Shown here piece by piece: positions 1 through 10,119 of a stretch of 34,530 nt of DNA. A program made the translations under genes and the position numbers. The DNA is taken from positions 1-34,530 of the forward strand of contig JBDRPR010000561.1 in assembly GCA_043826845.1 (NCBI GenBank). Reading direction: 5' to 3'. Each line of letters opens with the position of its first letter. Position 1 is the first letter of the stretch. The DNA is from Bacteroidota bacterium (GTDB taxonomy: Bacteria > Bacteroidota > Bacteroidia > Bacteroidales > CAYTAU01). Below the pieces are notes generated by a model. That model was not told the origin of the DNA. It did no database searches and saw only the letters and a list, made by a program, of their open reading frames with translations.

Positions 1-25
1 AGTCATTTGTTAATTTTGCGTAACA

Positions 26-355
26 TCAGTTAATAAAATACATGCAGTCGTCACCGTTGAAAGTTCTGTGTTTGAAATTTTTCAGGTTTTCCATATCTGA
101 AACAGAAGCGTTAATAACAAAATCATAGGGTTGAAGATCCATCAACTTTATAAGCGAATGGGCATTGCTAATAATTGTTTTTCTTTGCCCCCAACTGATT
201 ATTGCAGTCAAAAATGCTGATAATTCAATATTTTTTACATCATTGAACAGGTGAGGAATTTGAATCGGATCTGAGTCTATGAAATTCAGATTATTATACT
301 GAATAACTTTTTCGTCCAGATAGTTCTTTAACTCAAAATTTTGAAATTTCATCAT
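26..355 (-). CDS. TIGR02757/DUF2400-family protein, N-terminal ~110 aa only; ends at an in-frame TGA (26-28)
   Basis: MMKFQNFELKNYLDEKV...DPIQIPH...FLTAIISWGQRKTII...FKHRTFNG matches the N-terminal half of TIGR02757-family proteins as I recall them (~250 aa). The likely start is the ATG at 353-355, not the ORF-track start at 445. The stop falls about halfway through the expected length, with only 25 nt of window left downstream. Confidence 0.6.
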   Translation of the reverse strand: MMKFQNFELKNYLDEKVIQYNNLNFIDSDPIQIPHLFNDVKNIELSAFLTAIISWGQRKTIISNAHSLIKLMDLQPYDFVINASVSDMENLKNFKHRTFNGDDCMYFIN

Positions 356-439
356 ATTGCTAAAATAAGTATTATTTTTGTCAAAAAGTGTAAGAGAGAA
401 ATTCACCTTCAAAAGAAAAGTTTCGACGAAAAGGGAAAA

Positions 440-1105
440 ATGCAAATAGAATTACAAAGCCTTGTCAATGGTATAATTATAGGATTTTCTGCTTCAGTTC
501 CACTAGGACCGATAGGGGTTTTGTGTATTCAAAAAACAATAAATAAAGGAAGATTATCCGGTTTTGTTTCCGGCTTGGGTGCAGCTACTTCTGATACTGT
601 GTATGCTATTATTGCAGGATTTGGATTATCTTTTGTGACAGCTTTTATTATAGAGCAACAACTTTATTTACGTATTGCCGCTGGAGGAATATTATTTTAT
701 CTTGGATTCAGGATATTTTTCTCCAATCCGGGAAGACAATTAAGGAAGCAGGCAAGAAAAAAAGGCAGGGGGCTTATCGGGGATTTTGTTTCATTATTTC
801 TTCTCACTTTTTCAAACCCGCTTACAATTTTCTTTTTTCTTGGGGCTTTTGCTGCTTTTGGTATTGTTAAAGGAGAATCCGGTTTTTTATCCATTCTGAT
901 TCTTACTGTGGGCGTTTTTCTGGGTGCAGCTTTCTGGTGGTCAATTCTTACAACAATAGTTAATTTATTCAGGAAAAGATTCCGTTTAAAAAGTATCTGG
1001 TGGATCAATAAAATTGCTGGAATTATTGTAATTGGCTTTGCAATTTTTGCCATCATCAGCATTTTCCTGATTTCTGATGGCTATGTTCAGGAAAATTTGC
1101 CGTAA
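440..1105 (+). CDS. LysE/RhtB-family amino-acid exporter
   Basis: 221-aa multi-pass membrane protein starting MQIELQSLVNGIIIGFSASVPLGPIGVLCIQKTINKGR. The N-terminal G-x-x-x-PGP-like motif and hydrophobic helices are typical of the LysE family. The start is trimmed to the ATG at 440, because the upstream extension overlaps the divergent gene. Confidence 0.8.
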   Translation: MQIELQSLVNGIIIGFSASVPLGPIGVLCIQKTINKGRLSGFVSGLGAATSDTVYAIIAGFGLSFVTAFIIEQQLYLRIAAGGILFYLGFRIFFSNPGRQLRKQARKKGRGLIGDFVSLFLLTFSNPLTIFFFLGAFAAFGIVKGESGFLSILILTVGVFLGAAFWWSILTTIVNLFRKRFRLKSIWWINKIAGIIVIGFAIFAIISIFLISDGYVQENLP

Positions 1106-1107
1106 TT

Positions 1108-1761
1108 TTATCCTACAATTAATCCATCTTCAATCAAAAATTTTTTATCGGACAAATCGGCAAGTTCTTTATTGTGAGTTACAATTACATATGTTTGTCC
1201 GTATTTTTCACGCAACTTGAAAAACAGATCGTATAATTCCCTTGTATTTTTTGAATCAAGATTACCGGTTGGCTCATCTGCAAGAATTACCTTGGGATTA
1301 TTTATCAGAGCTCTGGCAATTGCAACTCTTTGTTGTTCTCCTCCTGAAAGATTATTGGGTTTATGCGAAAGCCTGTCGCCAAGTCCGAGATAATTTAATA
1401 TTTCTTTTGCATTTTCTTCTGCTTCTTTTTTCAATTTTCCTGCAATAAAGGCGGGGATACAAACATTTTCCAACGCAGTGAATTCGGGAAGCAAATGATG
1501 AAACTGAAAGACAAAACCTATATGCTTGTTTCTAAACCTTGATAACTGCTTGTCTTTAAGCGCTGAAATATCAGTGTCTTCGATAATAATTTTCCCGGAA
1601 TCCTGTTTATTTAAAATTCCTAAAATTTGCAATAAAGTTGTTTTTCCGGCTCCGCTTGATCCAACAATTGCCACAATCTGACTTTTTTCAATTCTCAGAT
1701 TAATTCCTTTCAGTACTTCCAGATCACCATATCTTTTGATAATATTTTCAGCAATAATCAT
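1108..1761 (-). CDS. ABC transporter ATP-binding protein (LolD/MacB/FtsE-like)
   Basis: Walker [13 protein letters not shown] signature LSGGEQQR, Walker [12 protein letters not shown] and H-loop THN. The start [12 protein letters not shown] at 1759-1761 lies 2 nt below the upstream gene's stop codon (1764-1766). Confidence 0.88.
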   Translation of the reverse strand: MIIAENIIKRYGDLEVLKGINLRIEKSQIVAIVGSSGAGKTTLLQILGILNKQDSGKIIIEDTDISALKDKQLSRFRNKHIGFVFQFHHLLPEFTALENVCIPAFIAGKLKKEAEENAKEILNYLGLGDRLSHKPNNLSGGEQQRVAIARALINNPKVILADEPTGNLDSKNTRELYDLFFKLREKYGQTYVIVTHNKELADLSDKKFLIEDGLIVG

Positions 1762-1763
1762 AG

Positions 1764-2708
1764 CTATTTTTTTATTTGAAAAATAAAATATAAAAATACT
1801 AAATAGCATGATAACAAAAGTAAACCTTTCCATCTTTTTAATATTCCTTTTTTTATAGGAATAATCAATAAAAACAACAGTAAGGAAAAGCCTAACATCC
1901 AAAAAATGTCAAAACTGTTTATTTGAGGATCAATTCCTTTTATGGGGTGAATCAAAGATGTAATTCCTAATATTCCCAAGATGTTAAACAGATTTGATCC
2001 GATTATATTCCCTATGGATATATCCATTTCCTTTTTTAGTGCCGCTGCTAATGAAGCGGCAAGCTCTGGCACACTGGTACCAAATGAAATAATTGTAATC
2101 GATATAATCCTTTCACTTACATTAAATTTCAAAGCTATGGAAGAAGCATTTTTAACTAATAATTCTGATCCGAAATATAATCCGCCACATGATAACACCA
2201 GCAATAATAAAGAAATCCATATATCATATTTAGCTTTTTCGGGAATTTTATTTGAAATTTTCTCGTTTTTTCTTGACGAATACAGTGAATAATAAACAAA
2301 CATAATCAGGAGAATAAACAGAATAAATCCTTCAATTCGCCCTATCTGGTTATTCAGCATAAAAAGAAATATTAATATGCTTGCAATCATCATAACGGGC
2401 CAATCAAAAATTATTGATCTGCTTTTCACAGGAATTGGGAGAATTATTGCAGTGATTCCAAGAATTAATCCAATATTAGCAATATTTGAACCAACGACAT
2501 TACCTATGGCGATATCAGAATGTCCAGCCAATGCTGCTTTTAAACTCACAATAAGTTCAGGGGCTGAAGTTCCGAATGAAACGACAACAACTCCAATTAC
2601 TAAAGTAGAAACCTTAAGATGTTTGGATAATGCCACACTGCTTTCGACTAGATAATTGCCCGCTGCAGCTAATAAAACAAAGCCTAAAAGGAGCAAAAGA
2701 TATTCCAT
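1764..2708 (-). CDS. Ca2+/Na+ antiporter, CaCA family (YrbG-like)
   Basis: Two alpha-repeat motifs, [11 protein letters not shown]...[16 protein letters not shown] and [11 protein letters not shown]...[16 protein letters not shown], in a ~10-TM protein of 314 aa. Confidence 0.88.
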   Translation of the reverse strand: MEYLLLLLGFVLLAAAGNYLVESSVALSKHLKVSTLVIGVVVVSFGTSAPELIVSLKAALAGHSDIAIGNVVGSNIANIGLILGITAIILPIPVKSRSIIFDWPVMMIASILIFLFMLNNQIGRIEGFILFILLIMFVYYSLYSSRKNEKISNKIPEKAKYDIWISLLLLVLSCGGLYFGSELLVKNASSIALKFNVSERIISITIISFGTSVPELAASLAAALKKEMDISIGNIIGSNLFNILGILGITSLIHPIKGIDPQINSFDIFWMLGFSLLLFLLIIPIKKGILKRWKGLLLLSCYLVFLYFIFQIKK

Positions 2709-2754
2709 AGAAAATGCATAAAAGGATGTGCAAAGATAACAATTAAAACAGACT

Positions 2755-2781
2755 ATAAAAAAACCCGGAATTACCGGGTTT
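2755..2781 (-). terminator. Rho-independent terminator downstream of secDF
   Basis: A 7-bp GC-rich stem, aacccgg (2761-2767) / ccgggtt (2773-2779), with a 5-nt loop. On the minus strand it is followed by a T-run (plus-strand ataaaaaa). It starts about 8 nt after the secDF stop. Confidence 0.65.
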
Positions 2782-2787
2782 TGTGTT

Positions 2788-5700
2788 TTAACTGCTTTTG
2801 TTATCTTTTATAATAGCCTTTTTATCATCATTTTTTATAGTATCAAAGACAATCGGAGCAGCAACAAATACAGAAGAATATGTTCCAATGGTTATTCCCA
2901 GTAAAATTGCAAATATGAATCCCCTTATCACCTCTCCTCCAAAAATAAATATTGCTAAAAGCACTAGGAGAGTCGTCAGAGAAGTTCCTATTGTACGGCT
3001 TATTGTACTATTAAGAGCTGAATTTATAACTTCGGCTCGGTTTCGCTTCTTATACAAACCGATATATTCGCGCATACGGTCAAAAATAATAACAGTATCA
3101 TTTATTGAATAACCCACAACTGTCAATATAGCTGCAATAAACGCCTGATCAATTTCCATTGAAAAAGGCATAATAGCGTATAAAAGAGAATATGCAGACA
3201 ATACGATAATTACATCATGAATTAATGCCGTAACAGCACCCAGTCCATATTGCCAGTTTCTAAAACGAAGAAGTATATAAATAAATATTGCTAATAATGA
3301 AAATACAACGGCCCAGATAGCTGCAATTTTAAAATCATGAGCAATAGTTGGTCCTACCTTTTGCGAACTCATTCTATGATCAGTCAGGAATTTATCAAGA
3401 TCAACATCAGCCCCAAGTATTTGTTGCAATCCTTCATATAATTTTTTCTCGACTTCCTGATCAGCATCAGGGTCATCACTGTCTATCATATATGTAGTTG
3501 AAATTTTTACCTGATTGTCTGATCCGAACTTTTTAACTTCCGGTGTACTTTCAAAAGTTAATTGTAAAGCTTTTGCCACATCAGAAGTTACCACATTCTG
3601 ATCAAATCGAACAACAAATGTTCTCCCTCCTTTAAAATCTATACCTAATTTCCATCCATTTATAAAAATAGATGTAACTCCTGCAATTATAATAATTGAT
3701 GATATTATATAAAACATCTTTCTTTTTTCAATAAACCGAATTTTAACATTCTTAAATGCATTTTTAGTAAAATTAGTTGCGAAAGTAATTTTCCTGTTTT
3801 TATTTGATAATGCAAGAAAAACCAATCGGGTAATGAATATTGCAGAAAATAGTGAAGTTAAAATACCGATTACAAGAGTTGTTGCAAAACCTTTTATCGG
3901 ACCTGTTCCAAATATATATAATATAATTCCCGTTAAAATAGTTGTAACGTTTGCATCAATAATTGCAGAATAGGCATTTTTATATCCATCAGCAATCGCA
4001 AGTTTTAATCCTTTACCTGCTGTTATTTCCTCCTTAATTCGTTCAAATATTATAATATTAGCATCGACAGCCATACCCAGCGTCAATACAATACCGGCAA
4101 TACCGGGAAGAGTCAAAACTGCCTGTAAAGAAGCAAGGACTCCAATCAGGAAAAATAAATTGGCAATGAGTGCAATATCAGCAATTAGCCCTGCACGATG
4201 ACTGTAATAGAATACCATGTATGCTAAAACAATTAAAAAAGCAATTAAAAAGGAGGAAAAACCCGAATCAATAGCTTCTTGTCCCAGAGTTGGACCAACG
4301 ATTGCTTCCTCTATGATTCTTGCCGGAGCAGGAAGTTTTCCTGATTTTAATACATTGGCAAGGTCATCAGCTTCATTAATGTCGAAATTTCCTGTTATTG
4401 AAGAATTTCCCCCTTTAATTTCTCCCTGAACTGTAGGATATGAATAAACATACCCATCCAACACAATAGCAATAGATTTTCCGATATTCTGTTTTGTAAG
4501 TTTTGCCCAGATATTTGCACCATCACCATTCATTTTCATTGATACTTCAGCAGATGCACTGGTTTGTCCGAATTCTCTTCTGGCATTAGAAATTGCTTTT
4601 CCATCAAGAGGTGCCCTTCCGTCACGATTTGAAACTTTTATTGCGATTAACTGATAAAAATCAGTTTCTTCTCTATCAGTCTTATAAGGCTTATAAGTCC
4701 AATAGAATTTTAAATCCTTTGGGAAAATTGCTTTAACCTGTTTCATTGCTAAAAGCTTATTTACCTTAGCAGTATCATTATAATGCGCCATGCCCACTGC
4801 AGGTCCGGGATACAATTTCCCTTCCTTATCCTGACTTGGGAATAAAATTGCAAACAAAGGATATTCTTTTTCCCATTGTTCTGAGCTAAATGCAGTATCC
4901 GACGAAGCAACAGATGAGTCAGTTCCAAATTGCTCAAGTAAAGTTTTTGATGTATCTGAAGATTCGTCTGATGTATCTATTAACTCATTTGCCAATAGGG
5001 ATAGATCGTTTGTTTTCAATGAATCCTCTATTGTTAAAGATTTGGAATTATCTGTAAACAAAGTATCGATAATATCATTTTTACTATCAGTCGAGGTTGT
5101 AAGGTTGAATTCTTTTATTGCTTTGTTGGCTTCCATTAAATAATTAAAAACATCTTTGTTTTCATAGGTTTCCCAAAATTCGAGACTTGCAGTTCCCTGC
5201 AATAGTTTTCTTACTCGTTCAGGGTCTTTAACACCGGGGAGTTCAATTAAAATACGACCGGCAGTCTCCAACCTTTGAATATTTGGTTGAGCCACTCCGA
5301 AGCGGTCAATCCTATTTCTTAATACTTCAAAAGAATTGTCAATTGCACCATTGGTTTCATTTATTAAAAAAGCCAGAACATCTTCATCTGATGTTTTTGA
5401 ATCAATGTAAGCTTTATTTTCATATGTTGCAAAAAATGAGGACAAACTGGCATTAGGCTTAATTTCTTTTACAGCTTGTGCAAACAATGCAATGTAATCC
5501 TCCTGTGAAGATTCCTGTTTCTTTTTTGCCAGTTCAATAGCATCGTTAAAAGTTTTATCGGTTGAATAATTTGCCAAAGATCTTAAAACATCAATAACAG
5601 ATACCTCCAGAGTAACGTTCATACCGCCTTTTAGGTCAAGTCCTAGATTGATTTCTCTTTCCTGACATTCCCTGAGTGTATAATTAAGCAGCGGATAAAC

Positions 5701-5871
5701 GGGTATGCCTGCCATCGAATCAAGATAATCCAGTTCTTTGTTGAAATCCCCATTTGCGTATACTTCTGCATCCTTTCCAATATTTCTTACAACTAAAGTA
5801 AAAGAAAGTTGGTACAAACTTGCGAGTGCTAAAAGAATTGCAAGTAATGTTATTGCTCCTTTATTCTGCAT
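2788..5871 (-). CDS. secDF: Protein translocase subunit SecDF (fused SecD-SecF)
   Basis: 1027 aa. The N-terminus MQNKGAITLLAILLALASLYQLSF, the LGLDLKGGM motif, two 6-TM RND-like bundles and GMAVDANIIIFERIKEE / SINDTVIIFDRMRE motifs are all present. The fused architecture is typical of Bacteroidota. Confidence 0.95.
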   Translation of the reverse strand: MQNKGAITLLAILLALASLYQLSFTLVVRNIGKDAEVYANGDFNKELDYLDSMAGIPVYPLLNYTLRECQEREINLGLDLKGGMNVTLEVSVIDVLRSLANYSTDKTFNDAIELAKKKQESSQEDYIALFAQAVKEIKPNASLSSFFATYENKAYIDSKTSDEDVLAFLINETNGAIDNSFEVLRNRIDRFGVAQPNIQRLETAGRILIELPGVKDPERVRKLLQGTASLEFWETYENKDVFNYLMEANKAIKEFNLTTSTDSKNDIIDTLFTDNSKSLTIEDSLKTNDLSLLANELIDTSDESSDTSKTLLEQFGTDSSVASSDTAFSSEQWEKEYPLFAILFPSQDKEGKLYPGPAVGMAHYNDTAKVNKLLAMKQVKAIFPKDLKFYWTYKPYKTDREETDFYQLIAIKVSNRDGRAPLDGKAISNARREFGQTSASAEVSMKMNGDGANIWAKLTKQNIGKSIAIVLDGYVYSYPTVQGEIKGGNSSITGNFDINEADDLANVLKSGKLPAPARIIEEAIVGPTLGQEAIDSGFSSFLIAFLIVLAYMVFYYSHRAGLIADIALIANLFFLIGVLASLQAVLTLPGIAGIVLTLGMAVDANIIIFERIKEEITAGKGLKLAIADGYKNAYSAIIDANVTTILTGIILYIFGTGPIKGFATTLVIGILTSLFSAIFITRLVFLALSNKNRKITFATNFTKNAFKNVKIRFIEKRKMFYIISSIIIIAGVTSIFINGWKLGIDFKGGRTFVVRFDQNVVTSDVAKALQLTFESTPEVKKFGSDNQVKISTTYMIDSDDPDADQEVEKKLYEGLQQILGADVDLDKFLTDHRMSSQKVGPTIAHDFKIAAIWAVVFSLLAIFIYILLRFRNWQYGLGAVTALIHDVIIVLSAYSLLYAIMPFSMEIDQAFIAAILTVVGYSINDTVIIFDRMREYIGLYKKRNRAEVINSALNSTISRTIGTSLTTLLVLLAIFIFGGEVIRGFIFAILLGITIGTYSSVFVAAPIVFDTIKNDDKKAIIKDNKSS

Positions 5872-5992
5872 TTTACGAATTTTTTAATTAGATTTATTCA
5901 CTTTTTAAATAAGCCTGCAAATATATTGATTTTTTTTTTAAAACACATTCTCAGTAAGAAAGTATTAAATATTAAATTTACTATTATTATAA

Positions 5993-7543
5993 TTATTTAT
6001 CATTCTGCCAAATATATAAACAAAGAAAGTTCATTGTAAAATATAATGAACTTTCAGAAAATACATTTGAACACGAATTGTATTGTACTTGCTCTATTGC
6101 CCATTTTAGTGAATCCTGCAATAATTCCTGTGGTGGGTTTTTAATATATCCCTGTTCCATCAATGCATTTGTAAGACTTCTGGCTTCATCAATATCTTTT
6201 TTTGCGAGTGCAAATGCTTCGTCCCATGACATTTTAATTCTTGCAACTCCATCTTTAATCGCTTGCATGGCAACATCTGCAGATTCGACAGGAAAAACAT
6301 TTGCTTCGCTCATTGTAGGAACAATATTTTCAGAATTTATTCCTCTTTTCTCTGCATAGTTTGCCAGAGAATGAGCAGCAGCAATTGCCATATTATCAGT
6401 TATTTTTTTAGCACGAACTAAAAGTGCACCTTTCAATATTCCTGGGAATCCGATTGAATTATTTACCTGATTTGGAAAATCTCCTCTGCCTGTAGCAACA
6501 ATATATGCACCTGCTTCTTTAGCAGCATAAGGATATATTTCAGGGACAGGGTTTGCACATGCAAAAACAATTGATTTAAAGGCCATTGATCTCACCCATT
6601 CGGGCTTAATAACATCAGGGCCCGGTGTTGATAAGGTAATCAGCACATCAGCACCTTTCATAGCTTCGTCCATTGATTCAACCTTATTTGGATTTGTACT
6701 TTCGCATAATTCCCATTTCCTGTAAAATCTGGTGTCTGCTTTAATATCTGATCTGTCTTTGTGCAATGAGCTTTTTGAATCGAACATAATCATCTTTTTC
6801 GGATCACCTCCATCTGCAATAATTAATCGTGCAATTGTTGTATTAGATGCACCTGCACCATGAAATACAATTTTTACATCATTGATTTTCCGATCTGTAA
6901 GTTTTAATGCATTCAATAATCCGGCTAGAGTGACACATGCTGTTCCCTGAGCATCATCATGCCACACAGGGATATCACATTGCTCACGAAGGTCGTCAAG
7001 AACTTTGTAACAATTTGGTTGTGAAATATCTTCCAGATTTATCGCTCCAAAACTATGCTGACACATTTTTACAAAATCAATGATTTTTTTAGGATCATTT
7101 TTGCCGTTTTCTCCTTTACTATCAATACATAAAGCAACCGCATCAACTCCACCAAGATATTTCATTAAAAATGCCTTTCCTTCCATAACTCCTAACCCTC
7201 CTGAAGGAGTACAATCACCATCTCCCAAAACACGTGTCGAGTCACTTACAACGGCTACCAAATTTCCGCGATTTGTAAGCTCATAAGAGGCTTCATTGTT
7301 ATCTCTAATCATAGTAGAAACTTTTGATACACCCGGAGTGTACCAGACATTAAACCAATTAAATCCGAGTACCGGAGCTTTTGGAACAGTCTGAATTTTT
7401 CCTCCGTAATACTTGTGCGCACTTTCTGCAAGTTTTTTTAAAAACAAAGTTTTACATTTTGCAATCTGTTCCTGAGAAAAATTATCGGGAAAAACCTGAT
7501 CGAGATTTTCCAAATTCATTTTAATTTGTTTTATGTTATCCAT
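5993..7543 (-). CDS. NAD(P)-dependent malic enzyme (oxaloacetate-decarboxylating malate dehydrogenase)
   Basis: YTPGV, VVSDSTRVLGLGD-like segment (VVSDSTRVLGDGD), GVMEGKAFLMKYLGGVDA, Rossmann motif FHGAGASN and NNSIGFPGI are all classic malic-enzyme motifs. The last ~20 codons look non-conserved and run through a hairpin (see findings). Confidence 0.9.
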   Translation of the reverse strand: MDNIKQIKMNLENLDQVFPDNFSQEQIAKCKTLFLKKLAESAHKYYGGKIQTVPKAPVLGFNWFNVWYTPGVSKVSTMIRDNNEASYELTNRGNLVAVVSDSTRVLGDGDCTPSGGLGVMEGKAFLMKYLGGVDAVALCIDSKGENGKNDPKKIIDFVKMCQHSFGAINLEDISQPNCYKVLDDLREQCDIPVWHDDAQGTACVTLAGLLNALKLTDRKINDVKIVFHGAGASNTTIARLIIADGGDPKKMIMFDSKSSLHKDRSDIKADTRFYRKWELCESTNPNKVESMDEAMKGADVLITLSTPGPDVIKPEWVRSMAFKSIVFACANPVPEIYPYAAKEAGAYIVATGRGDFPNQVNNSIGFPGILKGALLVRAKKITDNMAIAAAHSLANYAEKRGINSENIVPTMSEANVFPVESADVAMQAIKDGVARIKMSWDEAFALAKKDIDEARSLTNALMEQGYIKNPPQELLQDSLKWAIEQVQYNSCSNVFSESSLYFTMNFLCLYIWQNDK

Positions 7544-7658
7544 AATTAATAATTTATGTAAGATATATAGGTTTACGAACTTCTAAAGTTACTTAAAAGC
7601 AATTATAACTTTTGATGATTTTTTCTTTATAAATTTATGTTTTTGAGCAGAAGACGAT

Positions 7659-8606
7659 TTATTCACTGTATAATTCCTGATTAATCAACTTAGAAAGTTC
7701 AAGTGCACCTTTGTCATTCAAATGGTCAGGATTCTGAAACTTACTATTATCTCTGAAAAAAATATTTTGATAATCTATAATTTTATAAACACAGGTAACA
7801 TCTGATGTCAAATTAATAATCTCATTGTAATTATCTTCAATGTCAATTAAAGTTTCGACATATTTAATGTAGCTCTCACTCAAAGGCATTTTTATTAAAA
7901 TTATTTTGATTTTATTAGTTTCACAAAATTTTAATATTTTATTGAAATAGATTTTCAAACCTTCATCAAACTGATTTCTATGATTAAGGTACAAATAAGC
8001 CCGATCTTTGCATGTTTTATCAATATTTTTCTGAAGTGACAAATCTTCAAATTTTGGTTTATAACCTTTAAAAATTTCTGCCCTCTCTTTTCTTCTTGAA
8101 AATATATATTTCATAAAAACATAACATTCCCCTGTATATGAAAAATATTTTCCGGTTATTTTTCCATAAACAATAGAATTATTTTCGAGAATTGCCGCTA
8201 TCTCATAATAATCAAGATACTTTGTCCAGTATTCCTCATTATTAATTTTTGTTGCTCTAAAAGAAGAAAAAGAAGAAGGATCAATAGATAAAATAATATA
8301 TTCAGGCATAAAATTCTGAATTTCAACAATATTTTTAATCTTGTAATATGTCTGAATATAAGATTCTTCACCTGAGCCATAATTAAAACTGTTTTTTATC
8401 TGCCTTGGATCTATTCCATTCATAATATGTGAATCTCCCATAAACAAATATTTTATATCCGATTTATTTTCAATAAATTGGACGTCTTTACGTTTATCAA
8501 CGCTATCTTTTTTTAAATAATTATTATACAGATAATTTAATGTAAAATGTATTACAAGTACTGCTACCAGGAATAAAGAAGATTTTATGACAAACTTTTT
8601 GACCAT
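7659..8606 (-). CDS. Membrane-anchored SGNH/GDSL-like hydrolase-fold protein, partner of the MBOAT (AlgX/AlgJ/DltD-type role inferred)
   Basis: An N-terminal TM anchor (SSLFLVAVLVIHF), then FMGDSH (SGNH block I-like) and a C-terminal NPDHLNDKG (Asp-His motif). Its ATG at 8604-8606 lies 1 nt from the MBOAT stop codon (8608-8610), so the two are probably translationally coupled. Confidence 0.55.
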   Translation of the reverse strand: MVKKFVIKSSLFLVAVLVIHFTLNYLYNNYLKKDSVDKRKDVQFIENKSDIKYLFMGDSHIMNGIDPRQIKNSFNYGSGEESYIQTYYKIKNIVEIQNFMPEYIILSIDPSSFSSFRATKINNEEYWTKYLDYYEIAAILENNSIVYGKITGKYFSYTGECYVFMKYIFSRRKERAEIFKGYKPKFEDLSLQKNIDKTCKDRAYLYLNHRNQFDEGLKIYFNKILKFCETNKIKIILIKMPLSESYIKYVETLIDIEDNYNEIINLTSDVTCVYKIIDYQNIFFRDNSKFQNPDHLNDKGALELSKLINQELYSE

Positions 8607-8607
8607 A

Positions 8608-10044
8608 CTAAAACTGAAAATATATAAAATCATTTTTTGAAAAAACACCAAACAATAAAATCAAAAATAAAGCAGATATGTAAATAGCATATCTTAATAC
8701 AACACTTCTTCCAGATAAATATTTTGTAATTGAATATCTGGAATGAATAGATTCAATTAATATCATAATAATAACAAAGACAATAGCTAAAATCAGTTCA
8801 GGGTTTTTAATAAGCTCTCTTGTAGCATCAGAATTGAAAATTATAAGATTAGACAATACGTTTTTAATTTCTGTCATATCGGAAGAACGAAACAACAGCG
8901 TGGAAAATGCAATAATACAAAAGGTTATAACCAGACATGACAAACTCCATAACTTTCCTGATTTATATTTAACAAACCTATTTTTTAAAGATTTTGTAAC
9001 AGATGTTACTGCTTTTTCAATTATCTGGACAATTCCAAGAAATGCACCCCAAAGCACAAAATTCCAACTCGCACCATGCCATAGCCCGCTGATTAAAAAT
9101 ACAATGAAAATATTTAAATATAAATTAAGCTTTTTAACCCTGCTACCTCCTAATGGGTAATATATATAATCACGCAACCAGGTAGTAAGAGATATATGCC
9201 ATCTTGTCCAGAATTCAGTTAAAGATTTTGATGCATAAGGACGGTCAAAGTTTTTCATTAAATTGAATCCCATTGTTCTGGCAGATCCGATAGCAATATC
9301 TGTGTACCCCGAAAAGTCACAATAGACCTGGAAATAATACAGTACAGCAGCAATAATAATCGGCCATCCCTGATTTCCATCAGGATTATTATATATAGAA
9401 GTGATATAAATATCAATTCTGTCAGCAACAACAACTTTCTTAAAAAACCCGAAAAGCATTAGTTTTAATCCGCTGGATATTTGATTATAATCAAACTCAT
9501 GCTTTTTATGTATCTGAGGCAAAAGATTTTTTGATCTCTCAATAGGACCGGCGACAAGTTGAGGAAAGAAAGACACGAACAGGGCAAATTTTCCAAGATG
9601 CTTTTCAGGCATGGTATTTCCCCTGTAAACATCAATTGTATAACTGAGTGTCTGAAAAGTATAAAATGAAATTCCGACAGGTAATAGTATGTTTAATGTT
9701 GGAATATCAAGTTTTACGTCGAACAGATTGAACAAATAAACTGTACTTTGTCCGAAAAAATCCATATACTTAAAACTCATCAATAATCCAAGGTTAACAA
9801 AAAGACTCAATAATAAATATCCATTTTTTACCCGTCTTGAATTTGCACCGGAAATTTTATGAGAGGCAAAATAGTCAATTAAAGTCGAAGAAATAATGAG
9901 AAAAGCGTATTCTGGTCGCCAACTCATATAAAATAAATAACTGGCAGCCAAAAGAAAAACCCATCTCCATGAATGTGAAATGAGGTAATATAACACAAAC
10001 ACGAATGGAAAAAATATTAAAAATTCTATTGAATTAAACAGCAT
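8608..10044 (-). CDS. MBOAT-family O-acyltransferase (AlgI/DltB-like)
   Basis: MLFNSIEFLIFFPFVF N-terminus, multi-pass membrane protein, SFYTFQTLSYTIDVYRG and FWTRWHISLTTWLRDYIY with a conserved His (WH). The start is trimmed to the ATG at 10042-10044. Confidence 0.9.
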   Translation of the reverse strand: MLFNSIEFLIFFPFVFVLYYLISHSWRWVFLLAASYLFYMSWRPEYAFLIISSTLIDYFASHKISGANSRRVKNGYLLLSLFVNLGLLMSFKYMDFFGQSTVYLFNLFDVKLDIPTLNILLPVGISFYTFQTLSYTIDVYRGNTMPEKHLGKFALFVSFFPQLVAGPIERSKNLLPQIHKKHEFDYNQISSGLKLMLFGFFKKVVVADRIDIYITSIYNNPDGNQGWPIIIAAVLYYFQVYCDFSGYTDIAIGSARTMGFNLMKNFDRPYASKSLTEFWTRWHISLTTWLRDYIYYPLGGSRVKKLNLYLNIFIVFLISGLWHGASWNFVLWGAFLGIVQIIEKAVTSVTKSLKNRFVKYKSGKLWSLSCLVITFCIIAFSTLLFRSSDMTEIKNVLSNLIIFNSDATRELIKNPELILAIVFVIIMILIESIHSRYSITKYLSGRSVVLRYAIYISALFLILLFGVFSKNDFIYFQF

Positions 10045-10119
10045 TTTTGTATAAAAAAACTGATCAATAAAAATAATCCTTTTTTTTATCATTCAATAAT
10101 ATATATTTTTACAATTATT

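Noticed and set aside
341-439. N-terminal extensions in the ORF track (341-439, 1762-1902, 8607-8651, 10045-10092, 21991-22011, 33819-33857)
   Set aside because: The extensions overlap neighbouring genes or precede the conserved family N-termini or signal peptides. Internal ATGs give canonical starts, so I trimmed the coordinates.
1105-1108. Convergent gene pairs with almost no spacer (1105/1108 and 12402/12409) as possible antisense-regulation sites
   Set aside because: Tight convergent packing is common in compact genomes, and the sequence gives no specific structure or motif to support a regulatory claim.
4880-5100. Ser/Thr/Asp-rich low-complexity insert in SecDF
   Set aside because: It falls in the periplasmic head-domain region, where Bacteroidota SecDF proteins commonly carry variable linkers, and the ORF is intact.
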